A stretch of DNA of 63,060 bases, the filler included, from Octopus bimaculoides (lineage: Eukaryota): NCBI RefSeq assembly GCF_001194135.2. It is 4 parts of 4 records of this genome, joined end to end, with 100 filler letters (N's around TTAATTAATTAA, not from the genome) between each part and the next. Parts side by side here need not be neighbours in the genome. Positions count along the whole stretch, not along the records: positions 53,167 to 63,060 come from NC_068983.1; 3 more parts are not named here. One strand, 5' to 3'. Numbering within the stretch: position 1 is the stretch's first letter; each line of letters begins with the position of its first letter. A program made the position numbers and the translations under genes. Below are positions 53,067-63,060 of the stretch, in pieces. Below the pieces are notes generated by a model that was not told the origin of the DNA, made no database searches, and worked only from the letters and a program-made list of their open reading frames with translations.

Positions 53067-54899
53067 NNNNNNNNNNNNNNNNNNNNNNNNNNNNNNNNNN
53101 NNNNNNNNNNTTAATTAATTAANNNNNNNNNNNNNNNNNNNNNNNNNNNNNNNNNNNNNNNNNNNNCATTCCTCCATGGCAAGATTTAATTTGTGTATAC
53201 AAATTTAATTTGCGGTCCATGGGAAGAGCCGTTTTAACGATGCGTCCTGCCCAGCTCTTCGAAACGCCGGTGTTAAAACGGGGGTAGCTGATGAAGTAGA
53301 ATGTTCTCTATGTGTCTTGTGTGTTTTCTCGTCTACGTTTTGTTTGCAATGTCCTGTACCCAGATATGCACCTATACACACAGGTGGATGTCGGTACGCA
53401 CATACCTGTACGTATATATGCAAGGCAGTGAGACTGATCCTAGAATCATGTGACTAGGAAGCAAGCTTCTTACCACACAGCCACGCCTGCGCCTATGGGA
53501 TATTGGACTGGACACTTAGCGAGATCCGTAGCTTGAACATCAAAATTAGAAAGATACTGATTGCCACTGGCAACGTCCACATTAACATGTATGTATGTGT
53601 GCATTAAAATTAATATAATGATGTCCTCCTATCCCTTTGTACATTATTTTGAAATGTCATAGATCTGATGATATTACTTAATGTAATTAGCAACATTGTT
53701 TTTAGATAACGTTTTTCTTATATATTTGTAAACTAAACGAAGTCTGGTCACTAAAATTTACTTTTATACTAAGGGAGAAAACTCTTATCAACTATATGTA
53801 ATATACTTGGAAGAGTTACCTCCTGTAGTATGTTAGTTGGACACTCACAATTTTGATACAATGCCAACGGTTTCCTAAAAGGGAAATAGGTAGTTTTGTC
53901 AATTGTTAGGGGCGATTTGATCAAGTGATAATGTCTCTCATCTATTTTTCCAGCAATAAATCTACGGCTGAGAACCTTCTTCAAATCATTTGAATGATTC
54001 TTGTGCTTTAAAGATGGATGACATTGCAAATCCCTATGACCACACAACGCTTATGCAGAGTAAGCAATACCTGGTATTATTCCATTTGAAAGTCATGATG
54101 GATGGAATAATGCCACACAACCTATAACTAATGGGATATATAACGTGTCAGTCCTCTTGCTCGATGTAGTCAAGAAACGAAGATTGATATAACAGAACTG
54201 TATAGTATCAATATGTACTCTATGACTAGTGAAAAATAAAGTCGGTACAAATTAAATATGAAACACTGTGACATCGGACAAAATGTCATACAGTATCTAG
54301 TTTCATCTTTTTACATCGTGAGTTCACTTCTCACATTGCTTGATTTCCATTCTTTGGGATTGAAATATTTATTTACTTAACCCCACTTATTATGGCATCA
54401 AGGAAAGGTATGTCATTATTAACAATATTTGGAATCCTTCTTTCCCCCACTTCTAGCAAGCAGTTTCAATGGTGGTTTAGCCAATTGGAACCAACAAAAT
54501 TGAAAACTCTTGTAATTGTCTGTATATGCAAAATTTTGCATTAACTTCAAGTAGAAAACTTCCTTTCATCACACAATTTATTGCTCTATTTGAGAATGAA
54601 ATATTCATAGCCATATTCTTTTTCAGTAGTGTATGAAGAATAATAAACTTTGACCAATAAGTACAAACCATATTTTGCCTTATGTTACATATGTGAAGTC
54701 AATGAATAAATTGAATAAATTCAGTTTTTTTTTTTTTATTTCTGTAGCAAGCAACTCCCTGCGCTATGAGTTCAAATCTTGCTGAGGCCAATTTCTGTCT
54801 TTCATCCTCTAAAGATCAATAATAAATTGCAAGTTGGTGGATTGGCAGTACTTATGGATTTTGTTCTGTTTTGCTGAGTCAAAATTCTGCCGGAAATTT

Positions 54900-56090
54900 T
54901 GTAATGGTATGTAAGTGAGAGTGACATTTAGTGGTGAAGCCTCAGAACTCTTTGATGTCCAGGTGGGGGTAAAACACGGGTGTGTCCTTGCCCCTATACT
55001 GTCAAACATTTACCTGGTGACTGTGACCCTTGTTTTCAGAAGACAGTTCACCAAAGAAAATGGAATTCATATCAAGTACCATCATGATGGCAGCATCTTT
55101 AACACTTGCCACCTGAAAGCCACATCAAAAATCCTCTCAACCACACTGTATGAGATTCAGTATACTGACTATTCAGTTGCACCATCGCATACCGCACATG
55201 ACAAAATCAATGGACAGTACCTATTCTCAGCTTGGTCTTCAAATGAATCATCAAAAAACTTAAGTTTTCTAATCAGCCTTCTTGTATCCCACCTCCCCCT
55301 CTGCCCATCCCTATTGATGATACTCCTGTACTGCAGGCAGACTCATTCTGCTATCTTGGAAGCACAACCTCTAACACTGGACTTCTTGATAAAGAAATAT
55401 TCTGCCATATCAACTTTGCCTCTGCATCTTTCATGATTCTTTCTTTCAAAACAAAAACCTTAGAGTGAGTACAAAAATCTCTGTTTTATTAAACTGTATG
55501 TGTATCCACCCTCCTGTACAGGTCTAAATGTTGGACCTTTTATCAGCGCCAAATCAAACAACAGGAAGTGTTCCATATCAGATCACTCCAAAATATCCTC
55601 AGTCTCATGTGGAAGGATAATGTGCCTCATGCTTGAAATCCTCCTCAGGGCTGGGATTTACAGTATTGGGACCTGCATCCTTCATTGTCATCTCCACCAG
55701 GCTGGCCATGTGATTTGGATGTCAGATAATTGGCTCCCAAAGCTGGTCCTCTTCAGTGAGGTTGAAACTGGAAGAAGGTATCATGGACGTCCAAAACATT
55801 GATTTCATGATTATCTCAAGCAGTTTTTCATTTTATGTGGTGTCCCTCCCAATCGGTTGGAACCCCTGGCTGGTAATTGGAAGTCATGGAGATCCATGTG
55901 TGATGCTGCAGTAGAATGCTTTGAAAGCAAATGCACAAGACTGCATGGAGAGAAGAAACATTGTCATCAACCCTTTGCAGCTGATGTTCAAGGTCACTTT
56001 CAGTGCCCTCAGTGCCAAAGGATCTGCCCACCTCAATCGGTCTTGTCAGCCACATTTACTCTCATGGGAAACAATGTGCTGGAGGAGGAG
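54900..56090 (+). mobile_element. 5'-truncated RTE (BovB-like) LINE remnant
   Basis: GVKHGCVLAPILSNIY...GIHIKYHHDGSIFN...LYEIQYTD, then LPKLVLFSEV...GRP and a terminal CPQCQRIC zinc-finger relic; multiple frameshifts. Confidence 0.92.
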
Positions 56091-56772
56091 GAAGTTAAAT
56101 GTCTTGGATTGACACCATCATCACCTTTAATGACCTGTCATAAGCAGCAAGTAGGCAAAATCAAGGACAGAACACCATACAATATTTTTTCCAACTCCCT
56201 GCACTATAAGTTCATATCCTGTTGAGGCCAATTTCTGTCTTTCATCTGATAAAGGTCAATAAAAAACTGCAAGTCAGTGGATTGGCAATACTTAAGGTAT
56301 TTGTTCTGTCATACTGAGTTCAAATTCTGCCATAGTTTACAACGGGGTGGGGTTAGACTTTACCTTTTTGTTAACATATTGCTGATAAAATACACAATGA
56401 ACTTTAAAATGAATTTGAAAATAATGATGAATTTAATAAAATAAATTATTAAGCTGGTGTTTATAATGTAACAAATTTTGATGGAAGGTTTTATTTTAGA
56501 TTACCTTCAAGTTGAGGGTTTGTATCATAAAAACATGGGTGGTCTCAGGCAGATAGGTTTCAAAAGGGTTAATCCATTACTAAGTCTAACACTACAACCT
56601 GGCACCTTTAGAGCCAGGAGTTGTGTTAGGAATATTGCTTTCTTTCTGGGGTAGATATTTAAAAGAAAGATAAAATAACTTGAAAATTACCTTGATCAGA
56701 GTATGTGATAGATGGAGAAGCAGAGAGATGGACAGAGAAACATAGTTCTTATTATAATATAGATTGTAAAGG

Positions 56773-57420
56773 CAGTGAGCTGGCAGAATCATTAGCATGC
56801 CAGACAAAATGCTTAATGGCATTTCATCCATCTCTTTGTTCTGAGTTCAAATTCCACCGAGGTCAACTTTGCCTTTCATCCTTTCAGGGTCAATAAATTA
56901 AGTACCAGTGCAAGACTGGGGGCGATGTAATTGACTAGTCTCCTCCCTCAAAATTGAAGGTCCTGTGTCTTCAGTAGAAAGGATTTTAATAAAGATTGTA
57001 AGGTAAGCAAGCTGGCACCAGTTGCAAGAGTATTAGAAAAAAAACATATGCAGTATTTTTCCAGCTCTACATTTTAAGTTCAAATCTTACCAAGGTCAAC
57101 TTTACATTTCATCCTTTCAGGGTTGACAACTTAAAGTGCCTGTCAAATACTGGAGCTGATGGTAATGACTAAACTCCTCCACACAAAATTGTTGACTTTA
57201 TGTCTAAATTAGAAATCATTATTATTAGGTACCAAGCTGGCAGAATGGTTAGAGCAGCAAACAAAATGTCTTCCACTATTTGTTGTTTTTTTACATACTG
57301 AGTTCAAATCTTACTGAGGTCAAGGTTGACCTTTATCCCTCAAGGGTTGATAAAATACAGTTCTAGCCAAGTACTGGAGTTAATAGTATCAGCTAACACC
57401 CTCCCCACAAAATTGCTGGA
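56773..57420 (+). mobile_element. Three head-to-tail old family B SINE copies
   Basis: Repeated GCTGGCA...GAGTTCAAAT...GAGGTCAAC...TTTCATCCTTTCAGGGT units. Confidence 0.8.
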
Positions 57421-58131
57421 TTTATCATTATCATTTAATTCCATTTTTCATGTTGTCAAGCCGTCTATGATTTGGATGGCTTGACAGGAACAGGCAAAAC
57501 CAGAGACCACACCAAGTTCCATAGTTTAGCTTGTCTTCTACAGATGGCTGCTCTTCCTAATGCCTGTCACTTTTACAAAGTGGAATGAGTGCTTTTTACA
57601 TGACACCATCACCAGTGCTTTTTATGTGGCACCAGCACTATCACAATTTATGTGTCACCAGCACCAACACCAATGCTTTTTATGTGGCACCTTAGTTTTA
57701 GGATATCAATTTTGTTGTGGTGGGTGAATCATCTCGAGTACAGTAACACACCACATATCTCAATCCTTCGTCATCTCCTTCATAAGGCTCAGCATTACTT
57801 ATGCCTATATTAAAATCAATTATTACTGGAAATAATCAGACTGGCTGAGTCAGTAGAGCATCTGAAAAAATGCCATCAGATCTTTACATTTTGAGTTCAA
57901 TCTTACCAAGGTTAACTTTGATTTTCGTCCTTTTGGTCTTATGAATAAAGTACCACTTAATTAAATTGACTCAAAATATCTGTCCTTATGTCAATATTAG
58001 AAAAAAATGAATGCTGTTATTGTTTAATCCTAGGTCAGTCTTAATTGAGTCCTAAAAGGATCAAAAGTATTCCAACCATGCCCATCCCATCTTTTTTTGT
58101 AAATCAAGGACTATGTGTATCCAATGTATAT

Positions 58132-58365
58132 TTAACCCTTTAACATTTAAACCTGCCATATCTGGCCAAAATATTCTACCTGTTTTACTTTCAAACTGGT
58201 CAGATTTGGTTTCTCACACCTGCCCTACAATGTCATTCTAAAAAATTAACAGTTGCCTCATCAAAGTCTCATAGTAACAAGCTAATGCATGATTAATTCA
58301 AGACAATGGAAATAAATAAGCATTACTTTATTTTTGACAGAATAACATGAACGCTAAAGGGTTAA
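58132..58365 (-). mobile_element. piggyBac-type MITE family P1
   Basis: TTAA-CCCTTTAACATT...AACGCTAAAGGG-TTAA. Confidence 0.85.
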
Positions 58366-58519
58366 GCTGGCAAAAGAAGTGTTACTTGACTGCTACTTTT
58401 AGCAGGTCGAACGACTGCATAGTGGTCCTTCTCTTGAGAAACATTATTAATACTGGTGTCATTATAGTAGCAGACAAAGAGTGTTAGCTATGTCAGCCAG
58501 AGGAAGTGCTACAGCTCTT

Positions 58520-58733
58520 GTCAACAACACAACATAGCAGTGCGATAGCAGCAACAATACTACCACCACCGCCACTGCCGCCACTACCAGTGCCATCACA
58601 ACAACAACAACAGCAACAATAAACAACAGTAGCAGCAGATGGACAACATCAACAACAACATCAATCAACAGCAGCAATACAAGCAGACAAAGCACTTACA
58701 TAACTAAAGGTAAAGGTTGCAACAGTAGTAGTG

Positions 58734-58781
<48 letters not shown>

Positions 58782-58883
58782 ATATGGTTGTGGTATGGTT
58801 GGTAGTGATGGTGGCAGTGGTAGTGGTTGCCGTCATTGTTGAAAGTGTAGCTGCAGTAGCACCAGCAGCAACAGTGGCAACAT

Positions 58884-58918
<35 letters not shown>

Positions 58919-59280
58919 ATAGTAGTAGTAGTAGTAGTAGAAGAAGAAGAAGAAAGAACTGCAACTAAAACAGCAGCATCACTTCTGTCATCACCAATGT
59001 TCTTTAAATAACTGTCAACAACAACACTACCAATAACACCACCACGACCACCACGACTACCACAACGACGACGACGACGACGACGACCACCACCACCACC
59101 ACCACCACCTACAACAACAACGACAACAACAAACTCCATTAGTAGCAACTACATATTGATAACAACTATGGCAGGAGTAACAGCTGCAGCAGCACCAACA
59201 GCAGCAGCAACTTGAGTAACCCTTGCTGTACAACACCGCCAACATCAATAGCTGCAGTAGCAGCTAAAGTCATAGCACAC
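58520..59280. repeat. Mosaic trinucleotide low-complexity region (ACA, ACC, AGT, GTA, ACG, CAG)
   Basis: Direct reading; source of the poly-T/V/L ORFs. Confidence 0.9.
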
Positions 59281-59364
59281 CATTAACTCTCACCTCAAGC
59301 TAGAGTTATCTACAATATATGCACAAGTATACATGCACACATACATACACACACACACACACAC

Positions 59365-59421
<57 letters not shown>

Positions 59422-59758
59422 NNNNNNNNNNNNNNNNNNNNNNNNNNNNNNNNNNNNNNNNNNNNNNNNNNNNNNNNNNNNNNNNNNNNNNNNNNNNNNN
59501 NNNNNNNNNNNNNNNNNNNNNNNNNNNNNNNNNNNNNNNNNNNNNNNNNNNNNNNNNNNNNNNNNNNNNNNNNNNNNNNNNNNNNNNNNNNNNNNNNNNN
59601 NNNNNNNNNNNNNNNNNNNNNNNNNNNNNNNNNNNNNNNNNNNNNNNNNNNNNNNNNNNNNNNNNNNNNNNNNNNNNNNNNNNNNNNNNNNNNNNNNNNN
59701 NNNNNNNNNNNNNNNNNNNNNNNNNNNNNNNNNNNNNNNNNNNNNNNNNNNNNNNNNN

Positions 59759-59923
59759 TTGACTGCGGCCATGCTGGAGCACCGCCTTTAGTCGAGCAAA
59801 TCGACCCTGAGACTTATTCTTTGTAAGCCTAGTAATTATTCTATCGGTCTTTTTTGCCGAACTGCTAAGTGACGGGGACATGGACACACCAGCATCGGTT
59901 GTTAAGTAATGCTACGGGGACAA

Positions 59924-59966
<43 letters not shown>

Positions 59967-60132
59967 CATATATACGACGGGCTTCTTTCAGTTTCCGTCT
60001 ACCAAATCCACTCACAAGGCTTTGATCGGTCCGAGGCTATAGTAGAAGACATTTGCCCAAGATGCCATGCAGTGGGACTGAACCCGGAACCATGTGGTTG
60101 GTAAGCAAGCTATTTACCACGCAGCCACTCCT
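59759..60132 (-). mobile_element. Young full-length SINE family A
   Basis: Near-consensus tail, internal (CA)(TA)n and head. Confidence 0.9.
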
Positions 60133-60632
60133 ATATACGCACACATATATATTGTTTTATTTTGGAAAGGTCATTTTATTTCTTATCATTTTGTTTTTTT
60201 GTCAAATAAACACACGTACTATATTCTATTTTCTTCACTCATTTATTACTGTTATTTTATTATTTTAATGCCTGTCCATTGTCTGGAAATCTTTTGTCGC
60301 ACATCTGTGACCTCTTCAGCAACACTTTTCGTTTTCGTATGTGTTCTTGTTCCACTTATTCCATAACCATTGGTTATCTGGTTACAGGGTGCAATGGGTA
60401 AATATGTATGTAAGTATGTATGTATGCATGTATGTATGTATGTATATATGTATACATGTATCTATGTGTGTGTGTATATATATGTGTGTGTGTGTATGTA
60501 TATGCACAAATATATATACATGTGTATATATAAATATATATATGTATGTGTATATACATATGTATGTATGTATAATTATATATATATAATATATACATAC
60601 AGGATATACATATAATATGTACTTACATGGCA

Positions 60633-61070
60633 CAGGAGTGGCTGTGTGGTAAGTAGCTTGCTTACCAACCACATGGTTCTGGGTTCAGTCCCACTGCATG
60701 GCACTTTGGGCAAGTGTCTTCTACTATAGCCTCGGGCCAATCAAAGCCTTGTGAGTGGATTTGGTAGACGGAAACTGAAAGAAGCCCATCGTATATATGT
60801 GTGTANNNNNNNNNNNNNNNNNNNNNNNNNNNNNNNNNNNNNNNNNNNNNNNNNNNNNNNNNNNNNNNNNNNNNNNNNNNNNNNNNNNNNNNNNNNNNNN
60901 NNNNNNNNNNNNNNNNNNNNNNNNNNNNNNNNNNNNNNNNNNNNNNNNNNNNNNNNNNNNNNNNNNNNNNNNNNNNNNNNNNNNNNNNNNNNNNCGACTA
61001 AAGGCGGTGCTCCCCCATGGCCGCAGTCAAATGACTGAAACAAGTAAAAGAGTAAAAAGTAAAGAGTAAT
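60633..61070 (+). mobile_element. SINE family A with the internal microsatellite lost in a gap
   Basis: Head at 60633-60800, N gap, tail at 60996-61070. Confidence 0.88.
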
Positions 61071-62010
61071 ATGTATAATTATATATATATATATATATAA
61101 TTATATATATATATATATAATTATATATATATATATATATATACCTATTAAAATGGAACAAAAACGCAATAGAGGACATTAAAATGTTCGGACAGATAGA
61201 TGATACAAAGGTGGACAAGACAAACACCAATTAGAAGGACAGGCAAAAAATGACAGGTCATTCTTGGCTTTCTTTCATCAGTCAAGTCCCAGAAGTCACG
61301 ACCATTTTGGGCAGTTACACTTGAGATGGTTTGATCTGGTTGCACCACAAAAAGTCTAAGCTAAGAGCATTAGACCCCTGTGTAAGAAAGCTAGAGAATG
61401 TGTACAGCAAGAAAGGCAAAAAGAAAACAAACCAAAAAACAGAGAACATGGTACACAATTACGAATACAAACAACAAGTGTCTTTTGACTGAGAACGAAT
61501 GAAACTGAGCAGGCATATATGAAGTGAAAGCCTAAAGCAGCAACATGGGAAATGGACACAAGAGGTGCTGAGGATTGGTAGTCAGGCCAAGAAAGAAAAA
61601 TCATGGCCGGCCAGACAGCCTTTGTCATCTCCTTCATAAGGCTCAGCAGTACTTATGCCTATATTAAAATCAATTATGACTGGAAAGTGGTAGACTAGCT
61701 GATTCATTAGAGCATTTGAAAAAATACCTTGCAGTATTTGTTTCAGCTCTTTATATTTTGAGTTCAAATCCTACAAAGGTTAACTTTGATTTTGGTCCTG
61801 ATGAATAAAGTGCCACTCAATTGAATTGACTCTAAATGTCTGTCGTGCCTATACTAGAAAAAAATGAATGCTGCTGTTGTTAATCAGTCCCAAAATTATC
61901 AAAATGTATATATGTGTGTGTATGTATGTGCATATATATATATATATATATGTATGTGTGTATATATATGTATGTATGTGTATATATATATATATATATA
62001 NNNNNNNNNN

Positions 62011-62070
<60 letters not shown>

Positions 62071-62216
62071 TATATATAAATATATATGTGAGAAAAAGTT
62101 CAAAAAGAACAATTCAAACTGTTTGAGAGATCCAAAAATCGAGAAAAAATGATTTCTAATAAAGATTCATCATATTCATAAAAATCAGCCAGAGCAAGTA
62201 ATAAGAACATGAACAT

Positions 62217-63057
62217 AATAGTTGAAAATATTTTGTTATAGATATAAATATACCATAAACAAGTATAAAAAAATGGAGATAAAAAAGATCTTGCGTCAAA
62301 TTTAAATTTAATACAAAATTGGATTCAATACATACGCACGTTTCGAAAGACAATACAAATATGTAAGGAAAAAATTATAATCATAGTAATTATAATTAAA
62401 TTTATGCATTGTCATTCTCATCAGTGTGAGGAATTTTTGGAAGAACATCAAAAAGGTTTAATTAAAAAAAATAAAATAAGATACAATAAGGGAGAATACA
62501 GATGGGGTAATAGGAAAACATCGGATATTTACAAACAAGTTGTAAAAGGGAAAAATAATAATAATAATGAGGGAGACGAAAAAGAAAAAGAAAGACATAT
62601 CAATGTGTATGCAGCTCTATATGTGCAGTAAACTATAACATAAAAATAAAAATCTAATGGATATGTTTAAGAAAATAGTAAGTGGTCGAGATGAAGTGTA
62701 ATGTAAACAAGCACACGTGTGTATAGTAGAATATAACGCAACAGGTTCACTAGCAGAAAAAAGCCATAGAGAGTTATACATATAGATATTAATATTGAAA
62801 AATGAAAAATATATATATTCTACAAGAGGCTTAAAACTAGTAGGCAAGACTATGTTTGAAAAAGATACAATATTTAAGTAAAAATGTACATAGAAGCAGA
62901 GAAAAAGAACAAAAAGAACTTACCAAAGAAAAGCAATGTATGTATTGAATCCAATTTTGTATTAAATCTAATTTTGATTCAACATCTTTAATATCTCCAT
63001 TTTTTAATACTTGTTTATGGTATATTTATACTTATAACGAAATTTTTTTAACTATAT
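62217..63057 (-). mobile_element. Inverted-repeat (Penelope-like) element enclosing a hammerhead
   Basis: 62306-62335 is the exact reverse complement of 62938-62967 (30 nt). The arms continue for about 120 bp and possibly beyond the window. Confidence 0.8.
62314..62438 (-). ncRNA. Type I hammerhead ribozyme, all core positions intact
   Basis: ACA-CUGAUGA-GAAUGACAAUGCA...UGUAUUGUCUUUC-GAAA-CGUGCGUA^UGU. Stem II is 13 bp with one mismatch and closes with G10.1-C11.1. Stem III is self-complementary ACGUGCGU and the site is GUA. Confidence 0.78.
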
Positions 63058-63060
63058 ATA

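Noticed and set aside
17137-53122. TTAATTAATTAA islands inside N runs (17137-17148, 26433-26444, 53111-53122)
   Set aside because: An identical 12-mer embedded in three gaps indicates an assembly or scaffolding marker, not biology.
53769-54047. 92-aa minus-strand ORF
   Set aside because: No recognisable motif and splice phases inconsistent with neighbours; more likely a decayed transposon.
61560-61612. CTGAGGA-TTGG...CCAA-GAAA
   Set aside because: Stem II forms but stems I and III do not, and it lies in an apparent LINE remnant; probably chance.

Overview
This is AT-rich, microsatellite-dense animal genomic DNA with many N gaps. The SINE repertoire suggests an octopus; that is recalled family knowledge, not a database result. 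Almost all ORF-track ORFs are microsatellite or gap artefacts. The window is mostly intronic or intergenic and holds four tRNA-headed or RTE-tailed SINE families, some nested with clean target-site duplications. It also holds R4/Dong and RTE LINE remnants, two tandem Tx1/L1-like ORF1 (CCHC) relics, piggyBac-type and mariner-type MITEs, a fold-back MITE and a possible Helentron-type element. Host-gene evidence is limited to isolated candidate exons. The best is a 36-nt plus-strand exon encoding DEELSGSGSGSG, a glycosaminoglycan-attachment motif; one or two minus-strand exons lie at about 50.4 kb and 43.8 kb. The most striking signal is a set of five unrelated minimal type I hammerhead-ribozyme motifs (3.8, 16.0, 29.2, 43.2 and 62.4 kb), two with every core position intact. 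Three of them lie inside long inverted repeats, and in two the inner boundary of the repeat coincides with the predicted cleavage site, pointing to Penelope-like or retrozyme-type non-autonomous elements. Also notable are a pri-miRNA-sized hairpin at 24.9 kb, a 140-bp duplication flanking an RTE fragment, and an apparent drop in CpG content near 27 kb.
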